Shown here piece by piece: positions 36,990-49,300 of a DNA stretch of 64,000 nucleotides. Source of the DNA: Squalus acanthias (taxonomy: Eukaryota); assembly GCA_030390025.1 (NCBI GenBank), contig CM059431.1:148492001-148556000 (forward strand). The letters are read 5' to 3'. The notes under the pieces were generated by a model. That model made no database searches, was not told the origin of the DNA, and saw nothing but the letters and a program-made list of their open reading frames with translations. Each line of letters starts with the position of its first letter. The first letter of the stretch is position 1. The position numbers were made by a program, and so were the translations under genes.

Positions 36990-39325
36990 GAGAGGGGATG
37001 AAAAAAATATTAACCAATTACATCAAGAAAAAAACAAATATATTTCAGAAACAGATAAAGAGCAAGAGGATAACTAAGGAAAGAGTAAGGCCTATTAGAA
37101 ACCAAAAATAAACCTGTGTTGAAGAGAAATACATGGGTATGGCTGTTAAGGAATGCTTTGCATCTCTCATCACAGAAAACAGGAATAATGCAGACTTTGT
37201 AGTTAAAGAGGAAGTGCGTGAACTATTACATGAGCTTAGCATAGAGAAAGAGGAAGTATTAAGAGGTTTTGCATATTTGAAAGCAGATAAATTGCCAGGC
37301 CCGGATGAAATGTATCCGAGGCTGTTAAGAGAGGCAAGAGAATGTTGTTTCTGAGAGACTAGATTGCATTTTTTGAGGAGCTAACGAGGAGGGTCGATGA
37401 GGGTAGTGTATTTGATGTAGTCCACATAGATATTAGCTAGGCGTTTGACAAGGTTTCAAATGACAGGTTGGTCAAAAAAGTAAAAGCCCATGAGATCCAA
37501 GGGACAGTGGCAAGTTGGATCCAAAATTGGCTCAGTGGCAGGAAGCAAAGAGTAATGATCGATGGGTGTTTTTGTGACTGGAAGGCTGTTTCCAGTGGGA
37601 TTCTGCAGGTCTTAGTACCAGGTGCCTTGCTTTTTGTGGTATGCATCAATGATTTAGATCTCAATATAGGGGGCATGATTAAAAAGCTTGCAGTTGCTAC
37701 AAAAATTGGTCATGTGTTTGGCAGTGAGGAAGAAAGCTGTAGACTGCAGGAAGATATCAATGGACTGGTCAGTTGGGGAGAAAAGTTGCATAAGGAATTC
37801 AATCCGAGGAAATGGGGAGCTCTAACAAAGCAAGGGAATACACAACAAATGGTAGGATACTGAGAATTGTAGAGGAACAGAGGGACACTGAAGTGCATGT
37901 CCAAAGAAGGTAGCAGGACAGGAAAATAAGTGGGTAAGAAGGTATACTGGATAATCTCTTTTATTAGCCGAGGCATACAGTGTAACAGCATAGAGGTAAT
38001 GCCAGAACTGTAAAAAAACACCAGTTAGGCCACAGCTAGAATATTGCGTACATTTCTGGTTACTTTAAAGGAAGATGTGATTGCACAAGAGAGGGCACAG
38101 AAGAGATTTACGAGGATGTTGCCAGGAATGGATAATTTTAGCTATGTGGAAATATTGCACAGGCTGGGGCTGCTTTCTTTGGAGCAGAGGAGGCTGAGGG
38201 AAGATTTAATTAAAGTGCATAAAATTATGGCCCAGAAATTGATCTCGCTCTGTTCCCGCGGGGGTAAGGCTTCCACGCGATCTCTCACTCCACTTGTGCT
38301 TTTTCAGATCCAGCTCGCACGAACTTGATGTTCCAGACATCAGCTGGGCAATGCTTGCGTATCCCACCGGCGTAGTGAATTCGTGCGAGCTGTGGGATCA
38401 CGTGACTCAGTTAGAGCCAATGGCAGCACACCATCTTCCATTCATAAGTTTCACATACTTGCTGTGAAATCTATGAATCTTACACCCCCCCAAAATAACA
38501 GCTAAACCTCAATTAAATTTAAAAAAAAACCATCACATTAATAAAATAAGTATAGTTAAATAAATTAACCATTTTAAATAAAAAATTAAATTTTTGAAAA
38601 AATTTAAAATCTTTTAAAAAGTTATAAAAATAAACTTACCTGTCTTTAAAGTCTCTAAAAAAGATATACCTGTTAAAAAAAATTCAAAAACATACTTAAT
38701 TCACTACTTACCTTGTTAAAAGTGGGTCTTACTCCTCCTTTTTCCATTTCTAAAATCTTCCGTACTTACCTGCGCGTCCAAAGCATGAAGTGCACAGCGT
38801 GCGCGCAGCCTGTAGCACGCACGCGATGCACCGAGGAACCGCCCCCTTTTCAAAAGACCAAGTGCCGGTTTTCAGCGCATGCGCAGGGCATGCAGAAAAC
38901 CGGCAATTGGAGAAAGAATACGCGAGAGTACGCAGTGCGTACTCTCGCGTCGCGGGATGAATTTTTGGCCCATAGAGGCTTGGATGGAGTTGATGGGAAG
39001 CACCTATTTCCATCAGCAGAGAGGTCAATAACGAGGGGCACAGATGTAACGTTATTGGTAGAAGGATTCGATGGGAGTTGTGAATTCCTGTTACGAAGTG
39101 GGTGGTGGGAGTCTGGAACTCACTGCCTGAAAGGGTGGTAGAGGCAGAAACGCTCAGCACATTAAAAGGTACTGGGATGTGCATTTGAATTGCCACAACT
39201 TGCAAGGTTACAGACCAAGAGCTGGAGAGTGGGGTCAGTCTGGATAGCTCTTTTGCGACAGGGACAGACACGATGGGCCGAATGGCCTCCTTCTGTGCCG
39301 TACATTACTATGATTCTATAATTCT
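36990..39325 (+). mobile_element. CR1 fragment with internal deletions, split by a TIR element
   Basis: DKLPGPDEMYPRLLRE, WIQNWLSGRKQRV, EQRRLREDLIKVHKI, resumes at 38975, tail tatgattctat. Confidence 0.85.
38228..38972. mobile_element. Non-autonomous TIR DNA transposon (MITE-like), 745 bp, TA target duplication
   Basis: TA|tggcccagaaatt ... aatttttggccca|TA (11/13 inverted match); host CR1 rejoins across it. Confidence 0.75.
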
Positions 39326-39329
39326 ATGT

Positions 39330-40090
39330 TGCTTAACCTTCGCTGCTGTAAAAAGAACAATCCCAGCTTCTCCAGTCTATCCACGTAACTGATGTCCCAG
39401 ATCCCTGGTACCATTCTGGTAAATCCCTACACTTCTCTAATCCTTGACATGCTTTACAAAGTGTGGTGCCCAGAATTGGACACAATTCTCCAGCTGGGGC
39501 CAAACCAGTGATTTAGAAAAGGTTAGCATTTCTTCCTGGATTGTGTTACTTTGTATCTCTGTTTGTAAAGCCAAGGACTCAGTATGTTTTACTCGCAGCT
39601 GTCGCACCTTCAGCAATTTGCACAATACTCCCGAGGTCTGTCTGATCGTGCACCCACTTTAAAATTGTACCTTTTAGTTTATATTGCCTCTGCTCATACT
39701 TCCTACCAAAATGTATCACTTCACACTTCTCTGTATTAAATTGTTTCTGCCATGTAACTGCCCAATTCACCAATCTATCTATGTGCTCCTCAAGTCTGTT
39801 ACTACCTTCACACTGTTAATTAACATTTCCTTGTTTTCTATCATCTGCAAGCATTAAAATTACGTGCTGTATACCCAAGTCCATGGTATTGATAGACATG
39901 AAAAGAGGAATGGTCCCAATACAGAAACCTGGGGAACGCCAATTTATATTTCCCACCAGTCTGAAAAACAATCGTTTACCACTACTTTCTGTCTCTTAGA
40001 CAATTTCCGAGCCATGTTGCCACTGCCCGTTTAATCCAATGGGATTCAATTTTGATATTATGTGGTAATTTATCAAACACTTTTTGAAAA
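39330..40090 (-). mobile_element. CR1 RT/C-terminal fragment
   Basis: WQKQFNTEKCEVIHFGRK; PQLENCVQFWAPHF. Confidence 0.8.
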
Positions 40091-40269
40091 GATAGGGGAA
40101 TTTGGAAAGTGTGAGTAGTATCAATCATAAAATCATAGAATTGGTGAGCCAAGTTGCTTTGACAATTTGTTTAGCGAAGCATGACGTCCGCATGGATCAT
40201 ATGTCACGCCTGGTTTCAATTAATTAATTACAAAATAATTGACATTATTCCCATTTTATTATTCACATT

Positions 40270-40450
40270 TAGATATATAGGTGGCGCTGTCAAGGCCGGT
40301 ATTATTTGCCCTCCCTCGTTACCAATGATAAAATGGTGGGCCTTCATCTTGAGCCGCTGCAGTCCGTGAGGTGGAGGTGCTCCCACAGTACAATTACGGA
40401 AGGAATTTCAGACTTTTGACCAAGTGACGATGAAGGAACGGCGATAAATT
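40270..40450 (-). mobile_element. CR1-clade family B 3' end
   Basis: gccgctgcagtccgtg..tcccacag..gatgaaggaacggcgata as in 5980-6075. Confidence 0.7.
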
Positions 40451-40456
40451 TGAAGG

Positions 40457-40640
40457 GTACGGTAGCATAGTGGTTATGTTGCTGGACTAGTATACCAGAT
40501 GCCCGGACGATTAACCCTGAGTTCCAATCCCAACAGCTGGGGAAATTGAACTCAATTAATTAAACAAAGCTGGAATATAAAGTTAATGTAAGTAATGGTG
40601 ACCACGAAACTACCGGATTGGAGTAAAAACCCAGCTGGTC
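40457..40640 (+). mobile_element. tRNA-derived SINE 5' part
   Basis: A-box tagcatagtgg, B-box gagttccaatcc; inverse of 44930-45100. Confidence 0.7.
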
Positions 40641-40644
40641 TTCT

Positions 40645-43600
40645 TTAACAACAACTTGTTATATAGCGCATTTAACGTAGTAAAACGTCACAAGGCGCTG
40701 CACAGGAGTATTATGAGACAAAAAAAATGACACCAAGCCACGTAAGAAGAATTTAGGGCAGGTGACCTAAAGCTTGGTGAAAGAGGTAGATTTCAATGTG
40801 CCTCTTTAAGAAGGAAAGGGAGTTAGCGAGCCGGAGAGGTTTAGGCAGGGAATTCCAGAGGTTAGGGCCTAGACAACAGAAGGCAAGGCCACCAATGGGT
40901 GAGCGATTATCATCAGGAATGCTCAAGTGGGCAGAATTAGAGCAGCGCAGATATCTCGATGGGCGGGGCAGGGCGGGGTGGGCTGGGCGGGCGGGTTGTG
41001 GTGAAGAAGATTAAAGAGATAGGGAGAGGCGAGGCCATGGAGGAATTTTAAAAAATGGATCAGAAAATTTAAATCGAGGCGCTGCTTAACCAGGAGTCAA
41101 TCTAGTTCAGCGAGAGCATGGGAGATGGGCGAACGGAACTTGGTTGATTTAGGATATGTGCAGCCGTGTTTTGTATGACCTCAAATTTCCGTAGGGTTAA
41201 AATATGGGAGGCCAGCCAGGAGTGCATTTTAATATTCAAGTCTAGATGTAACAAAGGCATGGATGAGGGTTTCACCAGTGGATGTACTCAGGCAGGTGTG
41301 CAGACGGTCGACGTTACGGAGGTGGAAATAGGCGCTATTAGTTATGCTGCAGATATGTGTTCGGAAGCTCATTTCAGGGTCAAATACGACACCAAGGTTG
41401 CGAACAGTGTGGATCAGCCTCACAAAAATATGAGGGAGAGGGATGGAGTTAGTGGCTAGGGAGCAGAGTTTGTGGCAGGGGCCAAAAACAATGGCATCGG
41501 TCCAAACAATAATTAATTCGAGAAAATGTCTGCTCATCCAGAACTGTATGTATAACAAACAGCCGAGAGAAGAAGTAGTGACGTAGACCTGGGTGTTGTC
41601 AGCGTACATGTGGAAACTAACGCTGTTTTCCGATGATGTCGCCAAGTGGTAACGTGTATAAGAAACAGGAGGGGGCCGAGGATAGATCCTTGGGGGACAC
41701 CAGAGTAACGATGCGGGAGCGGGAAGATAAAATCGTTGCATGTGATTCTCTGGCTACGATTAGATAGATAAGAATGGAACCAGGAGAATGCAGTCCCACG
41801 CAGCTGGTCGACGGTGGAGCGGCGTTGGAGAAGGATGAAGTGGTCAAACTTGTCAAAGGCTGCAGACAAGTCACGAAGGACGATGAGGGATAGTTTACCT
41901 TTGTGACAGTCACAAAGGACGTCATTTGTGATTTTGATGCGAGCGGTTTCGGCAGTGAGGCCATGGCGGAAGCCTGATTGGAGGGATTCAAACAAGGAAT
42001 TGCAGGAAAGATAGGCACGTATTTTGACACATTCAATGGATATGGAGAGGAAAGAGAGTTGGAAATGTGGCGCTAGTTTGCAAGGCCGGTGGGGTCAAGG
42101 GTCCTTTATTGAGTAGAGGGGTTCTGACGGCAGTTTTGAATAATAGGGGGACAGTATCTGAGGAGAGAGAATCGATAACAACGTCAGCTAACATGGGAGG
42201 TTAAAAGGAATTTGGGTGGTCAGTAGTTTGCTGGGAATAGAGTAGAGGGAGGGGGACGTGGGTCTCATGGACAAGTTGAGCGTGGAGAGGTCATGATGGG
42301 AAATCAGAGAAAAACTGGAAAATGTTGTGAGTTGGAATTGGGGGGGGGGTAATATACTAGCATGGATTGATAATTGGTTAACAGAGAGAAAACAAAGAGT
42401 AGGAATAAACGGGTCTTTTTCAGAATGGCATGCTATGACTAGTAGGGTAACGCAAGGATCAGTTCTTGGGTCCCAGCTATTCACAATCTATATGAATGAT
42501 TTGGATGAGGGAAATAAATTTGCAAATTTCCAAATTTGTTGATGATACAAAGCTAGGTGGCAGTGTCAGTTGTGAAGAGGTTATGAAGAGTCTTCAAGGG
42601 GATTTCGAAAGGCTCAGCGAGTGTGCGAAGATATGGAAGATGGAATATAGCGTGGATATGTGTGAAGTTCACAACTTTGGTATGAGAAACAGAAATGCAG
42701 AGCATTTCCAAAATGGTGAAAGATTGGGGAATGCATGCTCAATGGGACCTGGGTGTCCTTGTACATGAGTCACTGAAAGTGACTGTGCAGGTGTAGCAAG
42801 CCATTAGCAAGGCAAATGGTATGCTGGCCTTCATTACAAGAGCATTTGAGTACAGGAGTAAAGAAGTCTTACTCCAATTATATTGGGCCTTGTTGAAACC
42901 ACACCTGGAGTACTGTGTACAATGTTGGTCTCCTTATCTAAGGAAGGATATACTTGACATAGAGCGAGTGCAACGAAGGTTCACGACATTGATTGCTGGG
43001 ATGGCAGGACTGTTGTATGAGAAGAGATTGAGTAAACTAGGCCTGTATTCACTTGAATTCTGAAGAATGAGAGGGGATCTCATTGAAGCATACAAAATTA
43101 TTACAGGGCTTGATATGCTGAATGCTTGGTGAATGTTTCCCTTTTCTGGGGATTTTAGAACCAGGGGCCACAGCCTGAGGATAAAGGGCAGGCCATTCAG
43201 GACTGAGATGAGAAGTAATTTCTTCACACAGAGGGTGATGTATATTTGGAATTCTCTACCCCAGAGGGCTATGGAGCTCAATCATTGGGTATATTCAAAT
43301 CATAAGTCGCCAGATTTCTGACAACTAATGGCCTCAAGGGATATGGCGATAAGGCCGGTGAATGGAGTTGAGGCAGAAGATCAGCCATGATCATATTGAA
43401 TGGCGGAGCAGAATCGAACTGCCGTATGGCCTACTCCTGCTCCAATTTCTTATGTTATTATGTTCTTATGTTCTTATTTCAGGGCTAGTGCAGGGGGGAA
43501 CTATAGAGCAAGTTTGGCCCAGTGGGCTAGAGGAAGGAAGTGAAGTGGCAGACGCAGCTTAACGGGTGGTCTCAATCTTAGAGACAAGAAGTCCATGAGC

Positions 43601-43790
43601 TCCTTACACTTGTTATCGGAGGTGAGGGTGGGCGGCACAAGGGAGACGGGTTTAAGAAGACGGTTAGCAGTAGAGAATACGAGCCGGAATTTATCTTTGC
43701 ATTCCAGAATGATTGTGGAATACTGAGCAGTTTTGGCAGATGAGAGCAGGGCCCGAAAATGAATTATGAGGTCCTGCCTGATCTGTCACA
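40645..43790 (-). mobile_element. L2 LINE (RT to 3' end) split by a CR1 insertion
   Basis: ESLQSGFR..AETA..LSAAFD..SGVPQGSILGPLLF, HMYADNTQVY, LIHAFVTSRLEY; continues after 43478. Confidence 0.88.
42330..43476 (+). mobile_element. CR1 3' 1.15 kb nested in L2
   Basis: WIDNWLTERKQRV..QGSVLG..FVDDTKL..EYCVQCW; tail (tatgttct)n. Confidence 0.9.
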
Positions 43791-43794
43791 CCAG

Positions 43795-44412
43795 TTAAAG
43801 ACACAGCAGTCACACAGGCTTCTTTATCAGACAGGACCAGTCACACAGGCTTTTTAAACAGATAGAACCAGTCACAATGTTTATTAAAGAGACAGGATCA
43901 GTAACACAGAATTCTTTAAGAGACAGGACAAAACACATTCGTTTTTAAAGAGACAGGACCAGTCGCAGAGCCTTTATAACGAAGCAGGAACAGTCACATA
44001 GGCTATTTAAAGAGACTGAACGAGTCACTCAAGCTTTTTAAGGTTACAGGACCATTCACTTAGGATTTTAACGAGACAGGACTATTCACTCAGGAATTGT
44101 ATAGATACAGGACTGGTCACAAAGGCTTTATAAAGAGACAAGTCCAGTCACACAGGTTTTACAAAGAGATAGTACCTGTCATACAGATATTTTAAAGAGA
44201 CAGGACCAGTCACAAAGGCTTTTTAAAGAGCCAGCACCAGACAAGGAGGCATTTTTAAAGAGACAGGACCAGTCATACAGGCTTTTTAAAGAGACAGGAC
44301 TAGTCACACAGCCTTTTTAATGAATCAGAAACACTGAGAAAAACTTTATCAAGAAAAAGGACCAGACACATAGATTTTTTTAAGAGACAAACCCAGTCAC
44401 ACAGGCGTTTTA
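43795..44412. repeat. 30-31 bp degenerate minisatellite, ~20 copies
   Basis: taaagagacaggaccagtcacacaggcttt consensus. Confidence 0.85.
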
Positions 44413-44669
44413 TGGAGAAAAAACGGTGAAAGCTCAAGGGTGTGGAACTCCCTCTCAAGCGAACGCAAAAAACAGAAGGTTTCGGACCGGAAATTCTCGG
44501 ACCTCATATCTGTCCTTACAGATTCTTAGACAATTAATGTTCGAACACAGATTGTAATCTTGTCCTGAATATGATCCCTTAGAACCTGCTTGTTTTGCAG
44601 AACTTAGTTTGAATATGTTTAATTATCCTTAATTTTGAGAAAGGTTCATGGTTTTTATTTAGTGATTCA

Positions 44670-45100
44670 TTCACGGAATGTGGGCATCACTGGCAAGTCA
44701 AGCCACTTCCTAATTGTCCGTGAGAAGGTGGCGGTGAGCCGCCTTCTTGAAACGCTTCAGTCCTTGAATTTAAGATACCCCCAAAGTGTCTGACTTTGAT
44801 GCAACTGAGTGGCTTTCTGGGCCATTTCAGAGTGCAGTTAAGTGTCAACCACATAAGGGCAGCCAAGGTAAGGGTGGCAGATCTCCTTCCTTAAAGGACC
44901 TCAGTGAACAAGTTGTGTTTTTCCAACAATCCGGTAATTTCATGGTCTTATTTACAGATAACAGCTTTTTAATTCCAATTTTATTTAGTTAAATGAATTT
45001 AAATTACCCAGCTGCCCTGGTGGGATTTGCAATCACGTCTCACGGATTATTAGTCCAGGCCTCTGGAATACTAGTCCAGTAAAATAACCACTATGCTAAT
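44670..45100 (-). mobile_element. tRNA-derived SINE with CR1-family-B-like 3' tail
   Basis: Head tagcatagtggtta (minus, ~45098); tail gagaaggtggcggtgagccgccttcttgaa shared with the LINE end at 61769-61800. Confidence 0.72.
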
Positions 45101-45510
45101 GTATTCGGTGTCTACAGATAGTAATCCATAATGCTCTTCACTTGTGCCTTTTAGGTTTTGGAAATGCTTTGGTGAGTCAGGAGGTGAGTTACACACCTCA
45201 GAATCCCCAGCCTCTGATAAGCTGATATAGTCATTTATGTGGCTTTTCCAGTTGATATTCTGATTAATGGCGACGCCTAGGGTATTGATGCTGGAGGATT
45301 CGGTGATGGAAATGCAATTGACTGTCAAATGGAGCAATTTAGAATGTCTCTTGCTGGAGGCGGTCATTGACTGTTGCTTGTGTGGAGTGAATTTATCATA
45401 ATGACACCAGGGGTAAGGGACTTCAATTATGTGGAGAGACTGGTGAAGCAAGAGCAGAGAAGGTCAGGGGGGGATTGAATGGAAGCGTTCAAAATGTTGA
45501 GGCTTCTGAT

Positions 45511-46320
45511 AACCCGGGAGAGTTCAAAAGCAGCAGGAGCAGAGCGACAGCGATAAAACCCGGTAGAGTTCAAAAGCAGCGGGGGCAGAGCCAGAGCGCC
45601 AAAACACGGGAGAGTTGAAGACAGCGGGAGCAGAGCGAGAGGGCCAAAACCCGGGAGTTTTCAAAAGCAGCGGGAGCAGAGCCAGAGCGCCAAATCCCAG
45701 GAGAGTTCAAAAGCAGCGGGAGCAGAGCGAAATCGCCAAAACCCGGGAGAGTTCAAAAGCAGCGGGAGCAGAGCGAGAGCGCAAAAACCCGAGAGAGATC
45801 AAAAGCAGCGGGTGCAGAGCGAGAGTACCAAAACACGAGAGAGTTCAAAAGCAGCGGGTGCGGAGCTAGAGCGCCAGAACCCGAGAGAGTTCAAAAGCAG
45901 CGGGAGCAGTGCGAGAGCGCCAAAATTCGGGAGAGCTCAAAAGCAGCGGGAGCAGAGCGAGAGCGCCAGAACCCGAGAGAGTTCAAAAGCAGCGGGAGCA
46001 GTGCGAGAGCGCCAGAACCCGAGAGAGTTCAAAAGCAGCGGGAGCAGAGCGAGAGCGCCAGAACCCGAGAGAGTTCAAAAGCAGCGGGAGCAGTGCGAGA
46101 GCGCCAAAACCCGGGAGAGTTCAAAAGCAGCGGGAGCAGTGCGAGAGCGCCAAAACCCGGGAGAGTTCAAAAGCAGCGGGAGCAGTGCGAGAGCGCCAAA
46201 ACCCGGGAGAGTTCAAGAGCAGCGCGAGCACTGCGAGAGCGCCAAAACCCGGGAGAGTTCAAAAGCAGCGGGAGCAGTGCGAGAGCGCCAAAACCCGGGA
46301 GAGTTCAAGAGCAGCGGGAG
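45511..46320 (+). repeat. 46-bp CpG-rich tandem monomer array (~17 copies) at the CR1 5' end
   Basis: aaaacccgggagagttcaaaagcagcgggagcagtgcgagagcgcc. Confidence 0.93.
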
Positions 46321-49300
46321 ACGCTGAGATACAAAGTGCAAAGAAGTAAAAAGTAATCGAAGTGTGACCTCACCAGAAAGCAGGTAAGTGATTGGTTGGT
46401 GAGTATTTCTCTATTTCTCGCCTTTTTTCCAAACTTAAGCTATATATTTAAGTGCTTTGGTGTAGATTAAAAGATATAAGTGTTCCAAATTTTAAAACTA
46501 ATTAATTAACTGAAATCGGACACCATGCAATGTGGTGCTGTTGTTGCATGTGGGAGCTGGTGGATACCATTGAGGTTAAGACGACCACATCTGCAGCAAA
46601 TGTTGGCTTTTCGAGGAACTTCGGCTCAGAGTTTTGAGCTGGAGTCCGAGATTCAGACACTGCGACACATTAGGGAGGGGGAGCGTTACCTGGACACTGT
46701 GCTCCAGGAGGCAGTCACACCCACTAAATAATAACTTCCAATTTGGCCCATGGTCAGGGACAGGAGGGTGTGACGACAAGCGAGGCATGTATTGGGATCC
46801 AGGAGGTAATGGTGGAGGAGCCTCAGCCCTAGGCCTTGTCTAAAAGGTACGAGATTCTTGTTCCCTGTGTGGAATTGGCCAGGGACTGCAGGGAGGAGGA
46901 GCAAACTGACCACAGAAAGGTGGTACAGGGAGCCATTCAAGTGGAGGGAGCAACAAGAAGTGTTGTAGTGATTGGGGAAAGTATAGTGAGGGGGATAAAT
47001 AGTGTTCTCTGCAGCCGAAAGCGTAAGTCCAGAAGGCTGTGCTGGCTGCCCGGTGCCAGGGTTAAGGACATTTCCTCTGGGCTGGAGAGAAACTTGAAGT
47101 GAGAGGGGGAAGATCCAGTTGTCATGATCTACGTAGGTGCCAATGATATATGTTGGACAAAGAAAGAGGTTCTGCTGACAGAGCAGCTAGGGGCCTAATT
47201 AAAAAAGCAGAACCACAAAGGTAATAATCTCTGGATGACGACATGAGCCATGAGCGAGTTTGCATAGGGAAAATAAGATCAGATAAATGAACGAGTGGCT
47301 CAAAGACTGGTGTGGGAGAAATGGGTTTTGAATTGTGAGGCACTGGCACCCGTACTGGGATAAGGGGGAGCTGTTCCGTTTGAACGGGCTTCACTTCAAC
47401 GATTCTGGGGCTAGAGTCCTGGCAAATCTAATAACTAGGATTGAGAGAGGGCTTCAAACTAAATAGTCGGGGAGGATCCAGGTGAGCAGCAAAATAAAAA
47501 GTCAATGAGAAATGAGAAAGCAATAGAGCAGGTTAGAGATGGGGGAAATAATAACCAGACTGTGATAGGAAGGGACAGAATGCTTAAAAATAAGAGTGTA
47601 ATAGAAAAAAAGGCCAAAACAACGAAAATGGTAAAAAGACAAAGTTAAAATTTCTATATCTGAATGCTCGCAGCATTCGTAACAAGATAGATGAGTTGAA
47701 GGCTCAAATAGATAAAAATAGGTCTGATCTGATCGTCATTACAGAGACGTGGTTGCAAGGCGACCGGGGCTGTGAACTGAATATTGCAGGGTATATGCGT
47801 ATTCGGAAGGATAGAAAGAAAGGAAAGGGTGGTGGGGTGGCTTTGTTGTTAAAAGATGGGATCAGTGCAGTGGTGACAAGTGATATTGGCTCAGAAGATC
47901 AAGATGTAGAACCGGTTTGGGTGGAGATAAGAAATAATTAGTGGAAGAAGTCTCTGGTGGTAGTAGTCTACAGGCCCCCGAACAGTAGCAATGCTGTTGG
48001 ACAGAGTATACATCAACAAATAATGGAAGCCTGTAAAAAAGGTACGGTAATAATCATGGGTGAATTTAATCTCCATATTGATTGTACAAATCAAATTGGC
48101 CATGGTAGCCTGGAGGAGGAATTCATAGAGTGCATCCGGGATATTTTCCTAGAACAGTATGTAATGGAACCAACCAGGGAGCAGGCTATCTTGGATCTGG
48201 TACTATGTAATGAGACAGAATTAATAAATGATCTCATAATAAAGGATCCTCTAGGAAAGAGTGATCATAGTATGTTTGAATTTTAAATTCAGTTGGAGGG
48301 TGAGAAGGATGTATCCCAAACCAGTGTCCTGATGTTAAACAATGGCAAATAAAATGGCATGAGGGCAGAACTGGCTAAAGTGGACTGGAAAAACAAATTA
48401 AAGGATAAGGAAGTTGACATGCAGTGGGTGACATTTAAGGAGATATTTCATAACTCTCAAGAAAAATATATTCCAGGGAGAAAGAAAGGTTTTAATAGAA
48501 AGGTGCACACTCCGTGGCTAACTAAGAAAATAAAGGATGGTATCAAATTGAAAACGAAGGCATACAATATTGCCGAGATTGGTGGGAGACCAGAGGATTG
48601 GCAATTTTTTAAAAAACCAGCAAAGGATGACTAAAACAATAATAAAGAGAGAGAAGATAAATTATGAGAGTAAGCTGGCAAGAAACATTAAAACAGATAG
48701 TAAGAGCTTCGACAGATACATAAAAAGGAAGAGGGTAACTAAAGTAAACGTTGGTCGCTTAGAGGATGAGACTGGGGAATTAATAATGGGGAAATGGCAG
48801 AGACACCTGAACAAATATTTTGCATCTGTCTTCACTGTAGAAAACACTAACAACATCCCAATAATGGATAATCAAGTGCCACAGGGAGTGGGGAACGAAA
48901 GACAATCACTATCCCTGAGGAAATGGTACTCTGTAAAATAATGGGACTAAAAGACGACACGTCCCCTGGACCAGATAGCCTGGATCCTAGAGTCGTAAAA
49001 GAAGTGGCTGCAGAGATAATGGATGCATTGGGTGCAATAAACCAAAATTCCCTGGAATCTGGAGAGGTCTCAGCGGATTGGAAAACGGTTAATTTGACAC
49101 TCCTATTTAAGAAATGAGGGAGACAGAAAGCATGAAACTATAGGCCAGTTAGCCTAACATCTGCTGTTGGGAAAATGCTGGAGTCCTTCATTAAGGAAGC
49201 AGTTGCATGGCTTTAGAAAAACATACTGTAGTCAAACAGATTCAGCATGGATTTAGGAAAGGGAAATCATGTTTAACAAATTTGCTGGATTTTTTGGAGG

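Noticed and set aside
40971..40997. G-quadruplex-like tract
   Set aside because: Short simple G-rich expansion inside a dead L2 with no functional context
45615..46356. Repeat protein ORFs
   Set aside because: A stop-free 46-bp unit gives the same peptide in all three frames
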